From Spirochaetia bacterium (GTDB lineage: Bacteria; Spirochaetota; Spirochaetia; CADAEX01), in NCBI GenBank assembly GCA_045606105.1, contig JAZURI010000002.1:32001-96000 (forward strand): a DNA stretch of 64,000 bases. The letters are read 5' to 3'. Shown here piece after piece: positions 1 through 9,027 of the stretch. The translations under genes and the position numbers were made by a program. The notes under the pieces are model-generated. The model worked only from the letters and a program-made list of their open reading frames with translations, was not told where the DNA came from and ran no database searches. Each line of letters starts with the position of its first letter. Position 1 is the first letter of the stretch.

Positions 1-2315
1 GCGGCTGCATGGCTCTTGTTGAAGCCGTATTTTGAGAACGGAATGAGAAGGTCGAATATGTCATTTGCCAGCTTTTCGGTATAACCCCGTTCCTTTGCAC
101 CCGGTATGAATTCATCCTTCATCCTCTCCATATCCTTGACCTTTTTCTTGGACATGAAACGTCTGAGCATGTCGGCCTTACCCAGTGAGAAGCCTCCGAT
201 CTTCTGTACTACCTGCATTACCTGCTCCTGGTATACGATAACTCCGTATGTGTTTTTCAGGATAGGCTCCAGGTCCATATGTGGATATTTTATCTTTTCC
301 TTTCCGTTCTTGCAGTTACAGAACTGAGGGATGTTATCCATAGGTCCCGGTCTGAAAAGGGCGTTGAGGGCGATAAGGTCTTCTATGCATGTTGGCTTTG
401 CATCCTTCAGGATCTTCTGCATTCCGGCACTTTCAAACTGGAATACGGCGGCACTTTTTCCAGCACTGAGCATCTCAAAGGTTTCAGGATCATCCTCAGG
501 TATGTTTTCGGCAGAGAAATTCTTATCCTTTTTCCTGATAAGAGCCTCACAGTTCTTGATGACATCAAGGGTCTTGAGTCCCAGGAAGTCCATCTTTACC
601 AGTCCGCAGTCCTCAAGCTTGTCCATGGTGAACTGGGTGGCTATGCTGTTTGCCTTGTCATCCTTGGTTCCCTTGTAGAGAGGCACATAGTCGGAAAGCT
701 CTGTCTGACCGATTACGATACCGGCCGCATGAAGCGATGTGTTCCTGCTCATGTTTTCCAGGTATTTTGCCTCATTGAAGAGTCTTTCGTAAACTCCGCC
801 CTGGTTTTTAAGCTCAATAAGCTCCTTGATACCGGCCAGCTCGGGAATCTCCTTCTTTTCGGGATCCTCCCTGAATTTCTGAACCTCGCCCAGAAGTGAG
901 GCAATCGACATGTTTCTGTCAGCCTTGTCTGGGATATGCTTTATAATATCCTGGGAATCGTTGAAGGAGAGGCCCAGAACTCTTGCCACATCCTTTATTA
1001 CAGCCTTTGGCTTAAGGGTTCCGAAGGTAATGATCTGTCCTACCTTTTCGGCACCGTATTTTCTTGTAACATAGTCAATTACTTCCTGTCTCCCTTCATT
1101 GGCGAAATCCACGTCGAAGTCTGGAAGAGATACACGCTCGGTATTGAGGAATCTTTCAAAAAGAAGCCCGTATTTCAACGGATCGATATCGGTGATTCTC
1201 ATGCAGTATGCAACTATGGAGCCGGCTCCCGAACCGCGTCCCGGTCCTACAGGAATGTCATGCTCCTTGGCATAGTTGATGAAGTCCCACACTATAAGGA
1301 AGTAGCCTACGAAATCCAGCTTGATGATTGTATTCAGCTCATATTCTATTCTTTTTTCTATTTCCGGGGTAATGACAGGATATCTTTTCTTTGCCCCTTC
1401 ATAGACAATATGCTTCATGTAGTCTGTTTTTGTTTCAAACTGAGGCGGAATCTCAAAGTCAGGCAGCTTGGGGCCCGGGAAATTGATGGTAAGATCTGCC
1501 ATCTCCTCAATAAGCTTTGTATTGGATATGGCTTCCGGAACATCTGCAAACAGGCGGCACATCTCCTCCGGCGACTTCATGTAGAATTCATTGTTGTAGA
1601 AGGTCATCCTTTTGGTATCGTTGATGGTAGTCTGTGTACCGATACAGATAAGGACCTCCTGGGCAGAGGCATGTTCCCTGTTGAGATAATGGATATCGTT
1701 TGTTGCTATCAGCGGAATTCCTGTTTTCCGTGAAATCTCTATAAGACCCCTGTTGGAAATCTTTTCCTCGGGAATACCGTGGTCCTGGAGCTCCAGGAAA
1801 TAGTTCTCCTTGCCGAAAAGATCCCTGTACATCATTGCTTTCTTCAGGGCCTCCTCCGGCTTGTTGTTTATAATGAGCCTGGGAACCGAGCCGGCAATAC
1901 AGGCGCTTGAACAGATTATCCCTTCATGATACTGCTCCAGGGCCTCGAAGTCTATTCTCGGCTTGTAATAGAAGCCGTCCACATAGGCGGTGGAGCAGAG
2001 CTTCATCAGGTTTACATAACCGGTATAGTTCTTTGCCAGAAGTATAAGATGATAATATTTGTTTCCGAATTCAGTTCCGGATTTGATTTTTCTTGAACCC
2101 TCTGCTTCGTAGAATTCACATCCTACAATAGGCTTTATTCCTGCTTTCCTGCACTTGTTGTAGAAGTTTATTGCACCGAACATGTTACCGTGGTCTGTAA
2201 TGGCTATGGATTTCATTCCGAATTCCACGGCACGGTCTACCATGTCATCAATTTTAAGGGCACCGTCCAGAAGCGAGAAGTCAGTATGGTTGTGGAGGTG
2301 TACAAAATCACTCAT
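1..2315 (-). CDS. dnaE: DNA polymerase III alpha subunit, runs off the window start
   Basis: Not in the ORF track because it has no stop in the window. Manual translation from ATG 2315 gives MSDFVHLHNHTDFSLLDGA (PHP domain), includes GPGRGSGAGS and SMPDFDVDF, and ends at FSKYGFNKSHAA at the edge. Confidence 0.97.
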   Translation of the reverse strand, partial: MSDFVHLHNHTDFSLLDGALKIDDMVDRAVEFGMKSIAITDHGNMFGAINFYNKCRKAGIKPIVGCEFYEAEGSRKIKSGTEFGNKYYHLILLAKNYTGYVNLMKLCSTAYVDGFYYKPRIDFEALEQYHEGIICSSACIAGSVPRLIINNKPEEALKKAMMYRDLFGKENYFLELQDHGIPEEKISNRGLIEISRKTGIPLIATNDIHYLNREHASAQEVLICIGTQTTINDTKRMTFYNNEFYMKSPEEMCRLFADVPEAISNTKLIEEMADLTINFPGPKLPDFEIPPQFETKTDYMKHIVYEGAKKRYPVITPEIEKRIEYELNTIIKLDFVGYFLIVWDFINYAKEHDIPVGPGRGSGAGSIVAYCMRITDIDPLKYGLLFERFLNTERVSLPDFDVDFANEGRQEVIDYVTRKYGAEKVGQIITFGTLKPKAVIKDVARVLGLSFNDSQDIIKHIPDKADRNMSIASLLGEVQKFREDPEKKEIPELAGIKELIELKNQGGVYERLFNEAKYLENMSRNTSLHAAGIVIGQTELSDYVPLYKGTKDDKANSIATQFTMDKLEDCGLVKMDFLGLKTLDVIKNCEALIRKKDKNFSAENIPEDDPETFEMLSAGKSAAVFQFESAGMQKILKDAKPTCIEDLIALNALFRPGPMDNIPQFCNCKNGKEKIKYPHMDLEPILKNTYGVIVYQEQVMQVVQKIGGFSLGKADMLRRFMSKKKVKDMERMKDEFIPGAKERGYTEKLANDIFDLLIPFSKYGFNKSHAA

Positions 2316-2321
2316 AATATT

Positions 2322-2330
2322 ATTATACCA
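2322..2330 (-). promoter_or_regulatory. Extended -10 promoter of dnaE, apparently leaderless
   Basis: Minus strand reads TGG-TATAAT-aatatt-ATG; no SD. Confidence 0.65.
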
Positions 2331-2336
2331 TAAAGA

Positions 2337-2365
2337 TTGAAAAATATAAATATTAATTGTATTAT
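2337..2365 (+). promoter_or_regulatory. sigma70 promoter of the manA operon, apparently leaderless
   Basis: TTGAAA-17nt-TATTAT-ttaagt-ATG(2372); no SD. Confidence 0.65.
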
Positions 2366-2371
2366 TTAAGT

Positions 2372-3511
2372 ATGTCACTGAATCACCTGAAATGCGCATT
2401 CAAAAACTACAATTGGGGCTCCGCTTCAAAAATTCACGGAATAATTGGAATTGAACCCGACGGAAAACCTCTTGCCGAAGTATGGATGGGCAGTCATCCC
2501 GGCGGAATGTGCTATCTCGATACCGATGACGGTACAGTGCTTTCCCTGGAGGATTATGTGGCAAGGAACCCTGAAAAGAGCCTGGGCAGCCGTACTCTCT
2601 CCGGATACGGAAACAGGCTTCCATATCTTTTCAAGCTTCTCTGTATAGAAAAACCATGCTCCGTGCAGGCCCATCCCGACAGAGCCACTGCCGAAAAGGG
2701 CTTTGAAAGGGAGAATCTGGCCGGAATACCTGCCGACAGTCCAGGCCGTATCTTCAAGGATCCCGGATGCAAGAACGAGATGGTTCTGGCCCTTACCCCC
2801 TTTTATCTGATGAACGGTTTCAAACCTGCAGACGAGATAAAAAGGAATTTTCCCGGCTTCATAGATGAGTGCGGCTCCGAAAGCGATTTCTATTCAGCTT
2901 TCCTGAAAAAATTCATCAATTCCGGTTTCGGTGATATAAAAGCAGATCTTTCTTTGCTTGACCCTGTTGAAAGATATATTTTTGACCGGCTTCAGGACTA
3001 TTTTCCCGGAGACCCCTTTGTATATGCTCCGTTTTTCCTGAACTCTGTTAGGCTGGAGCCGGGAGAGGCACTGGCTGTGGGAGAGGGCCAGCTTCATTCA
3101 TATGTGGAGGGAATGTGCTTTGAGCTTATGACCTCTTCAGACAATACCCTGAGAGGGGGGCTGACCGACAAGTACATCAACAAGGAAGAGCTTTATAATG
3201 TTATCCGTTTCAGGGAAGAAAAAAGTAGCATCATCACACCGGTGGTTTCCGGCTGCGAAAGAAGATTCATTCCAGGTTTCGGGGAATTCGCCCTTTCTGA
3301 AATAAAGCCTGGTACAGGGGAATTTGTTTCGGAAGCAGACCACGGCATGGAGATTATCTTTGTATATTCGGGCCGGGGTGTTCTGTGTGCCGGAGATGAA
3401 ACTGCGGAGCTGAACAGGGGAGAGGCCCTTGTGATTCCGGCCGATGCGGGAAGGTATACTATCCGTGGTACCGGAGATCTGGCTGTATACAAGGGAGCGG
3501 TGCAGGCTTGA
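2372..3511 (+). CDS. manA: Mannose-6-phosphate isomerase, class I
   Basis: NYNWGS, AEVWMGSHP, SVQAHP, LHSYVEG..ELMTSSDNTLRGGLT motifs. Start moved from TTG 2357 to ATG 2372. Confidence 0.92.
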   Translation: MSLNHLKCAFKNYNWGSASKIHGIIGIEPDGKPLAEVWMGSHPGGMCYLDTDDGTVLSLEDYVARNPEKSLGSRTLSGYGNRLPYLFKLLCIEKPCSVQAHPDRATAEKGFERENLAGIPADSPGRIFKDPGCKNEMVLALTPFYLMNGFKPADEIKRNFPGFIDECGSESDFYSAFLKKFINSGFGDIKADLSLLDPVERYIFDRLQDYFPGDPFVYAPFFLNSVRLEPGEALAVGEGQLHSYVEGMCFELMTSSDNTLRGGLTDKYINKEELYNVIRFREEKSSIITPVVSGCERRFIPGFGEFALSEIKPGTGEFVSEADHGMEIIFVYSGRGVLCAGDETAELNRGEALVIPADAGRYTIRGTGDLAVYKGAVQA

Positions 3512-3975
3512 GACTTTTTGTAGACTGTGATTCATGCCCGGTACAGATAAGGGAGATAATAGCCAGGGCTGCCCTCAGGACCGAAAGCCTCTGTTTTTTT
3601 GTTTCCAACAGGAAAATACCCCACGGAACCAATGCCTTTACCCATGATATAATAGTTTCAGAGGGAAAGGATAAGGCTGACGATTACATAGCAGAACATG
3701 CCCGTCAGTCCGATATTGTCATAACCAGGGATATCCTTATGGCCCAGAGACTGGTTGAAAGGAACATTGATGTTGTAAATGACAGGGGAACAAGATATAC
3801 TTATGAAAACATAAGGGAAAGGGTTTCCCTGAGAAACTATATGCAGGGACTTTTTGAAAACGGTCTGAAGCCTGAAAGTACTTCCCGTTTTTCAAAAAAG
3901 GAAATATTCGAGTTTGCAAACGCCTTTGACCGGCTTCTGTGCTTAAAGCTCAAAGGAGAAAGAAATGAAATTTAG
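3508..3975 (+). CDS. YaiI/YqxD (DUF188) family protein
   Basis: VDCDSCPV, DKADDYI, DIVITRDILMA motifs; overlaps the manA stop. Confidence 0.88.
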   Translation: MRLFVDCDSCPVQIREIIARAALRTESLCFFVSNRKIPHGTNAFTHDIIVSEGKDKADDYIAEHARQSDIVITRDILMAQRLVERNIDVVNDRGTRYTYENIRERVSLRNYMQGLFENGLKPESTSRFSKKEIFEFANAFDRLLCLKLKGERNEI

Positions 3976-4867
3976 ATATATGATTCTTATACTGGCAGTG
4001 GCTGCCGTCCTCTCTTCCTGTTCGTTCAAGAAGCTTTCCATGGATGCCAATACTGCTTTCATGGAGGACAACGATCCTGTACTGGTAGGGGATTCACTTC
4101 CTCTTGTACTGAAGATGATGGATATACTGGCCACCTCCAATCCCGGCAATACAAATATTCTTTCCTCTGCCGGAAGCCTTTTTGTCATGTATTCCAATGC
4201 CTATCTCCAGACACCTGCCGACATGCTTCCATATGAAGAGCTGGAAAAGCAGAAGGAGATGTACAGCCGTGCAAAGAAGCTTTACCGCCGTGGATATGAC
4301 TATGTGACAGCTTCCCTTGACAGGAAGTACAAAGGTTTTCTCGACAACATGGAAAAGGGTGATTTTGACAAGGCTCTGAAAAAGGTAAAGAAGAGGGATG
4401 CCGGAGATCTCTACTGGGGCGGAGCCGCAATCCTGGCCGGAGTTTCCGTGGATATACTGGACCCTTACTTTGCATCCGACAGGGATAAGGCAATTGCAAT
4501 GCTTTTCAGGGCCTGTGAGCTTGACCCTGATTTCGGGAACGGCATGCTGGATGAGATAATGATGCAGTACTATGCTTCCATGCCTCAGGGAATGGGAGGC
4601 AGCATGGAAAAGGCTGAATATCACTACAGGAGAGGAATCGAACTTTCGGAAGACAATCTCCTTTCGATTCATGTTTCCTATGCATTGACAGTATGTACAA
4701 AGGATCAGACCATGGAGGGATATTCCCGTTTTGTCTCCGTACTGGATTCCGTAATCAGCCGTGATATCGAAAACAATCCGAAGAACCGTCTTTCCAATAC
4801 CATAAGCAGGGAAAAGGCTGAATGGCTTCTTAAGAACAAGGATAATTATTTTCTTATAGGATTTTAA
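3965..4867 (+). CDS. TRAP transporter TatT-family lipoprotein (T component of a TPAT system)
   Basis: Lipobox LSSC, EDNDPVLVGDSLP, helical TPR-like body, PQGMGGSMEKAEYHY; directly upstream of dctP/dctQM. Confidence 0.85.
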   Translation: MKFRYMILILAVAAVLSSCSFKKLSMDANTAFMEDNDPVLVGDSLPLVLKMMDILATSNPGNTNILSSAGSLFVMYSNAYLQTPADMLPYEELEKQKEMYSRAKKLYRRGYDYVTASLDRKYKGFLDNMEKGDFDKALKKVKKRDAGDLYWGGAAILAGVSVDILDPYFASDRDKAIAMLFRACELDPDFGNGMLDEIMMQYYASMPQGMGGSMEKAEYHYRRGIELSEDNLLSIHVSYALTVCTKDQTMEGYSRFVSVLDSVISRDIENNPKNRLSNTISREKAEWLLKNKDNYFLIGF

Positions 4868-4876
4868 GGTGATGAT

Positions 4877-5863
4877 ATGAAAAAAAGGATACTTATACTA
4901 TTAATACTTATTTTTACAGCGGTAAATTCATATTCTGCCACAGTAATCAAGATGGGATCCATTGCCCCGGCAGGCTCCTTATGGGACATGAAGCTGAAAG
5001 AACTGGCCCTGGAATGGAAAAAGATAACCAACGGCGAGGTTGAGCTGAAGCTCTATATGGGCGGTACCGTAGGAGACGAGGACAACATGATCCGTACCAT
5101 GAAAATGGGCGGTCTCAATGCAGGTGCCATGACAGCCCAGGGGCTGAAGGGAATCTCTCCCGACTCCTTTGCACTCTGTCTTCCTTGTATCGTAAGCGAT
5201 GACGACGAATTCGAATATGTTTTTGAGAAAATGAAGCCGACCTTTGAAAAGGCTCTGGAAAAGCAGGGCTTTGTTACTTTAGGATGGGCAATGACAGGGT
5301 GGGTCAACTTCTTTTCAAAAACCCCGGTGGTTTCTCCCGACGATCTTAAGAAAACCAAGATAGCCATTGATACCGACGGAAGGATAAGCAAGATCTGGAC
5401 CGATCTGGGTTTCCATGCCATTCCTCTGGCTTTCAATGACCTGGTTGCAGGACTTTTCAGCGGTATGGCCGATTCCACATACCTTACACCTCTTGCAGCC
5501 TCCTCTATGGGGCTTACAAAGATGGCTCCCAACATGTGCGATTTCAGAATTGCCCCTGTTTACTGTGCCGTTGTAATGGAGAGAAGGGGATGGAACAGGA
5601 TTCCTGCAAAATACAGGGAGAGCCTCAAGGCCAAGACCTCCGAGATAACTTCCCAGCTTTACGATATAATCAAGGTTGATGAAGCCCGTGCCATCGAGGT
5701 AATGAAAGGGGATTCTCTGGTAATCAATGAAGTTCCTGAAGAAGCAAGGAAACAGTGGCTTGCTATCGGCAGAAACGGCAGTGAATATTTTTCAAAGGAG
5801 CTTATTTCTCCAGAAGTTTACGAAGAGATGATGCGTTACGTTGATGAATACAGAAAAAAGTAA
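4877..5863 (+). CDS. dctP: TRAP transporter substrate-binding protein (DctP/TatP family)
   Basis: Signal peptide; IKMGSIAPAGSLW, TNGEVELKLYMGGTVGDE, PVVSPDDLK motifs. Confidence 0.9.
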   Translation: MKKRILILLILIFTAVNSYSATVIKMGSIAPAGSLWDMKLKELALEWKKITNGEVELKLYMGGTVGDEDNMIRTMKMGGLNAGAMTAQGLKGISPDSFALCLPCIVSDDDEFEYVFEKMKPTFEKALEKQGFVTLGWAMTGWVNFFSKTPVVSPDDLKKTKIAIDTDGRISKIWTDLGFHAIPLAFNDLVAGLFSGMADSTYLTPLAASSMGLTKMAPNMCDFRIAPVYCAVVMERRGWNRIPAKYRESLKAKTSEITSQLYDIIKVDEARAIEVMKGDSLVINEVPEEARKQWLAIGRNGSEYFSKELISPEVYEEMMRYVDEYRKK

Positions 5864-7697
5864 AAGACTTTTTGAAATTTACATATCTGCATTTCTTCTC
5901 ATTCTCCTGGCCGGTATTCCCACCGTGGAAATCATAGTCAGGAAATTTTTCCATATCGGAATAAAGGGGGGATACGAGTATACACGGCACATCGTGCTCT
6001 GGCTGACCCTTCTGGGAGGTGCACTCAACTCCTATTCCGGAAGTCATATGAAAATCGAGTTCGGTACAAAGCTGCTTCCGGAAAAATGTATTCCGGCAGC
6101 CCGGCTCTTTTCCCTTTTTACCGTAATCTTTGTTTCGGCAACTTTTCTTCTGATATCATTTTCCTTTGTCAGCATAGGCTTTACCCCGGAGGACAGGATT
6201 GGGGTTATCAGCACCAGGCTTGCGGTAGCCATAATGCCGGCAGGATTCCTTCTCATGATTATCCGTTCCCTGCAGTCCTTCGGAAAGGACGGGGGACGGG
6301 CTGTTATAGCGGTACTGGCTTTGGCTGCCGGTCTTTACGTTTCCATGTCCCCGGTTGTAAACCTGCTTTCTTTCTATACGGAGGTTCCGTCTTGGATGTG
6401 GAACCTGTCTGACAGCTCCGTAGCTTTTGTTGCGGGAAGCAAGGCTCTTCTCATTGTGATACTTATAGCTGCCGGTCTTCTGGGAGCTCCTATTTTTTCA
6501 GTTATCGGCGGTATTGCATATCTTCTCATAACTGCCTCAGGCACCTTTGCCGAAACAGCAGCCAACGAATTCTATACAATGATCATCAGCAATACTGTAC
6601 CGGCAATTCCTCTTTTCACCCTTACAGGTTTCATTCTTTCGGAAAGCAGGGCAGGAACCCGTCTTATCAGGGCTTTCAATGCCTTCTTCGGATGGATGCC
6701 GGGCGGTATCATAATTGCAGCCGTAATTATCTGTGCCTTTTTTACAGTCTTTACAGGAGCCTCCGGTGTTACCATACTGGCCATGGGCGGTCTTCTTGCC
6801 ATAGTACTGGAAAAAAGCGGTATTGACGAGAAATACAGGACAGGTCTTCTCTGTTCAGCCGGAAGCATCGGACTTCTCTTCCCGCCGAGTCTTCCTCTCA
6901 TACTTTACGGAATCATAGCACAGCTTGATATAAAGGCCCTTTTTGTGGGAGGTATCATTCCAGGTATACTGCTGGTTATTTCCCTTATCATTACCGGTTT
7001 TATCTACATATCGAAGCACAAGATTGAAATAATCAAGCCGTCCGTGTCTGAATGTGTTATCAGCTTCCGGGACTGCTTCTGGGAGATTCTTCTTCCGTTC
7101 ATTATCATCATTTCATATTTTTCAGGCCTTACAACACTGGTTGAAACCGGAGCTGTGGCTGTAGTATACACAATGCTGGTGGAGTTCGTGATAAAGAAGG
7201 AGCTTCATCTCAGGGATCTCTTTACAATTGCAGGTAAAAGCGTTCCTATCATAGCCGGTATTCTTGTTATCCTGGGAATGTCCAAGGTTCTTTCATATTA
7301 CATGATTGATGAGATGATACCTCAGCGCTTCAGCGAATGGATTACAATGCATATCCATTCAAAGATCCTGTTTCTCTTCCTGCTGAACATTGCTCTCCTG
7401 GTGGTGGGATGCTTCATGGATATTTTCTCGGCCATCATGGTTGTGGTTCCGCTGATTATTCCGCTGGGTGAGATTTTCGGAATAAATCCGGTTCATCTCG
7501 GTATCATTTTCCTTGCAAACCTGGAGCTGGGATATATAACTCCTCCGGTGGGTCTCAATCTTTTTCTTGCCAGCTACCGGTTCAATGTTCCTCTTGAAAA
7601 AATCTACAGGGCAGTGGTACCGTTTTTCCTGATCATGCTTGTAACAGTGTTTGTCATTACCTATGTGCCGGGATTTACCACCTGCTTTCTGAAGTAA
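5841..7697 (+). CDS. TRAP transporter fused small+large permease (DctQM)
   Basis: N-terminal DctQ-like helices (HMKIE) followed by DctM motifs AIPLFTLTG, AGSIGLLFPPS, GINPVHLGII, GYITPPVGLNLF. Confidence 0.92.
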   Translation: MMNTEKSKRLFEIYISAFLLILLAGIPTVEIIVRKFFHIGIKGGYEYTRHIVLWLTLLGGALNSYSGSHMKIEFGTKLLPEKCIPAARLFSLFTVIFVSATFLLISFSFVSIGFTPEDRIGVISTRLAVAIMPAGFLLMIIRSLQSFGKDGGRAVIAVLALAAGLYVSMSPVVNLLSFYTEVPSWMWNLSDSSVAFVAGSKALLIVILIAAGLLGAPIFSVIGGIAYLLITASGTFAETAANEFYTMIISNTVPAIPLFTLTGFILSESRAGTRLIRAFNAFFGWMPGGIIIAAVIICAFFTVFTGASGVTILAMGGLLAIVLEKSGIDEKYRTGLLCSAGSIGLLFPPSLPLILYGIIAQLDIKALFVGGIIPGILLVISLIITGFIYISKHKIEIIKPSVSECVISFRDCFWEILLPFIIIISYFSGLTTLVETGAVAVVYTMLVEFVIKKELHLRDLFTIAGKSVPIIAGILVILGMSKVLSYYMIDEMIPQRFSEWITMHIHSKILFLFLLNIALLVVGCFMDIFSAIMVVVPLIIPLGEIFGINPVHLGIIFLANLELGYITPPVGLNLFLASYRFNVPLEKIYRAVVPFFLIMLVTVFVITYVPGFTTCFLK

Positions 7698-8558
7698 TCA
7701 GAGCTTTTTCAGAAAATCCACGAAAATATTGGTCAGAGCAGTCTGTGCATAAGGGGAAAGAGAGGTATATTCCGTTTCCAGCAGGTTGAACATCTGCCGT
7801 TCCAGAACCTCAAGATCCTTTTCGGAAACCGGTATTTTCTGGTCTATGAGCGAAGACTCTATTCCCTTGTCCTTGATAATGGAATCGCCCCAGTTACCTA
7901 TGGCAAACTTGCACATGGAAACGCTGTTCTTGAAGGTGTTGGCAATACCGTAGAAGCAGATTTTCTTGTCCGCATCCTTGATTTCCTTGAAGATGGTGAC
8001 ATCATAATTCTCGTACGGAATCCTGATTCTTGAGATGACCTCTCCGCTTGCAAGCTCCATCTCCCCATCCTTGAAAAACTGCTGTACCGGGATGACTTTC
8101 TTTGTTCCGGCCGCAATTGATGAGCTGATTTCCAGCTTTGCATTCAGAAGTGACAGAACGGTGAACACATTGTTCCTGATGTCAGGTTTGCATATAATCC
8201 CACCCAGGGTAACAATGTTGCGTACATTGGGAAGGGCACACCCTTTCAGGGCCTTCAGGAGAAGCACCGGCAGGGCATTCTGTCCCTTCTGTATAAGATG
8301 ATTGACAGTAACCTCCGTTCCGATATCGAAGTAGCGTTCACCCCTTTTCATCTGGAGAAGCTCTTCTATGAACCCCATATAGATATAGTGCTGAATGATA
8401 CTGTCATTGTCACCGACGTATACAGAACGAATTTCGGTAAAGTTGATATCATCAAAATAGAGACGGTAATTTTTAATGCTTTTCATTATCTTGAAAAGCT
8501 CAGGAAGGTTCTTTGGGCTGTAATAATAAATCTTGGAGTTATTTTTTACCGGAACCAT
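7698..8558 (-). CDS. XDH/CoxM-like FAD-binding subunit, divergent
   Basis: NVRNIVTLGGII resembles QIRNxATIGGNI; GEVISRIRIP; the N-terminal AGGT motif is absent. Confidence 0.72.
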   Translation of the reverse strand: MVPVKNNSKIYYYSPKNLPELFKIMKSIKNYRLYFDDINFTEIRSVYVGDNDSIIQHYIYMGFIEELLQMKRGERYFDIGTEVTVNHLIQKGQNALPVLLLKALKGCALPNVRNIVTLGGIICKPDIRNNVFTVLSLLNAKLEISSSIAAGTKKVIPVQQFFKDGEMELASGEVISRIRIPYENYDVTIFKEIKDADKKICFYGIANTFKNSVSMCKFAIGNWGDSIIKDKGIESSLIDQKIPVSEKDLEVLERQMFNLLETEYTSLSPYAQTALTNIFVDFLKKL

Positions 8559-9027
8559 TCTTACCTCTCTTTATGGCACTTGCTGCCAGCCTGATTCCCT
8601 CTGTCATGGAATTGTGATCGGTACAGCTGCAGCTGTTTCCCGACATTGCTTCCAGGATATCCTTTTTTTCCGGCTTTGTATTGCTTTTCAGGAAGGCATA
8701 GATGGTTATCATCTTGCCGTTGTGGCAGAAGTCACAGAATCTGCATCCATAGGCATCCAGCACCTTGGAAACTATTTCAAATTCGGGAGTCTCTTCTATC
8801 CATTCATAGGTAAAGATTTCTGAATTGCTGACACTGAACATGCTGATCATGCATGCAGGTACCGGCAGATTGTTCCTGAGCACGGTGCATCCTCCGCAGC
8901 GGCCGGTGTTGCAGCATTCATTTACGGAATAGTATCCGAACTCCTTTCTCAGTACATCTGAAAGCTTTTTACCGGGATCTGTATTGAGCTTTATATTTCT
9001 GTTATTGAGCTTGAATTCTATTATCAT
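8539..9027 (-). CDS. XDH/CoxS-like (2Fe-2S)-binding subunit
   Basis: CNTGRCGGC..PAC and CDFC..NSCSC cysteine sets for two 2Fe-2S clusters. Confidence 0.88.
   Translation of the reverse strand: MIIEFKLNNRNIKLNTDPGKKLSDVLRKEFGYYSVNECCNTGRCGGCTVLRNNLPVPACMISMFSVSNSEIFTYEWIEETPEFEIVSKVLDAYGCRFCDFCHNGKMITIYAFLKSNTKPEKKDILEAMSGNSCSCTDHNSMTEGIRLAASAIKRGKNGSGKK

Noticed and set aside
1-60. Possible intein or split at the DnaE YxFNKSH site
   Set aside because: The sequence reads SKYGFNKSHAA without interruption; the gene is only cut by the window edge.
106-1733. Plus-strand ORFs of 206 and 265 aa and smaller ones
   Set aside because: Antisense shadows of dnaE, which fills 1-2315 on the minus strand; no recognisable motifs.
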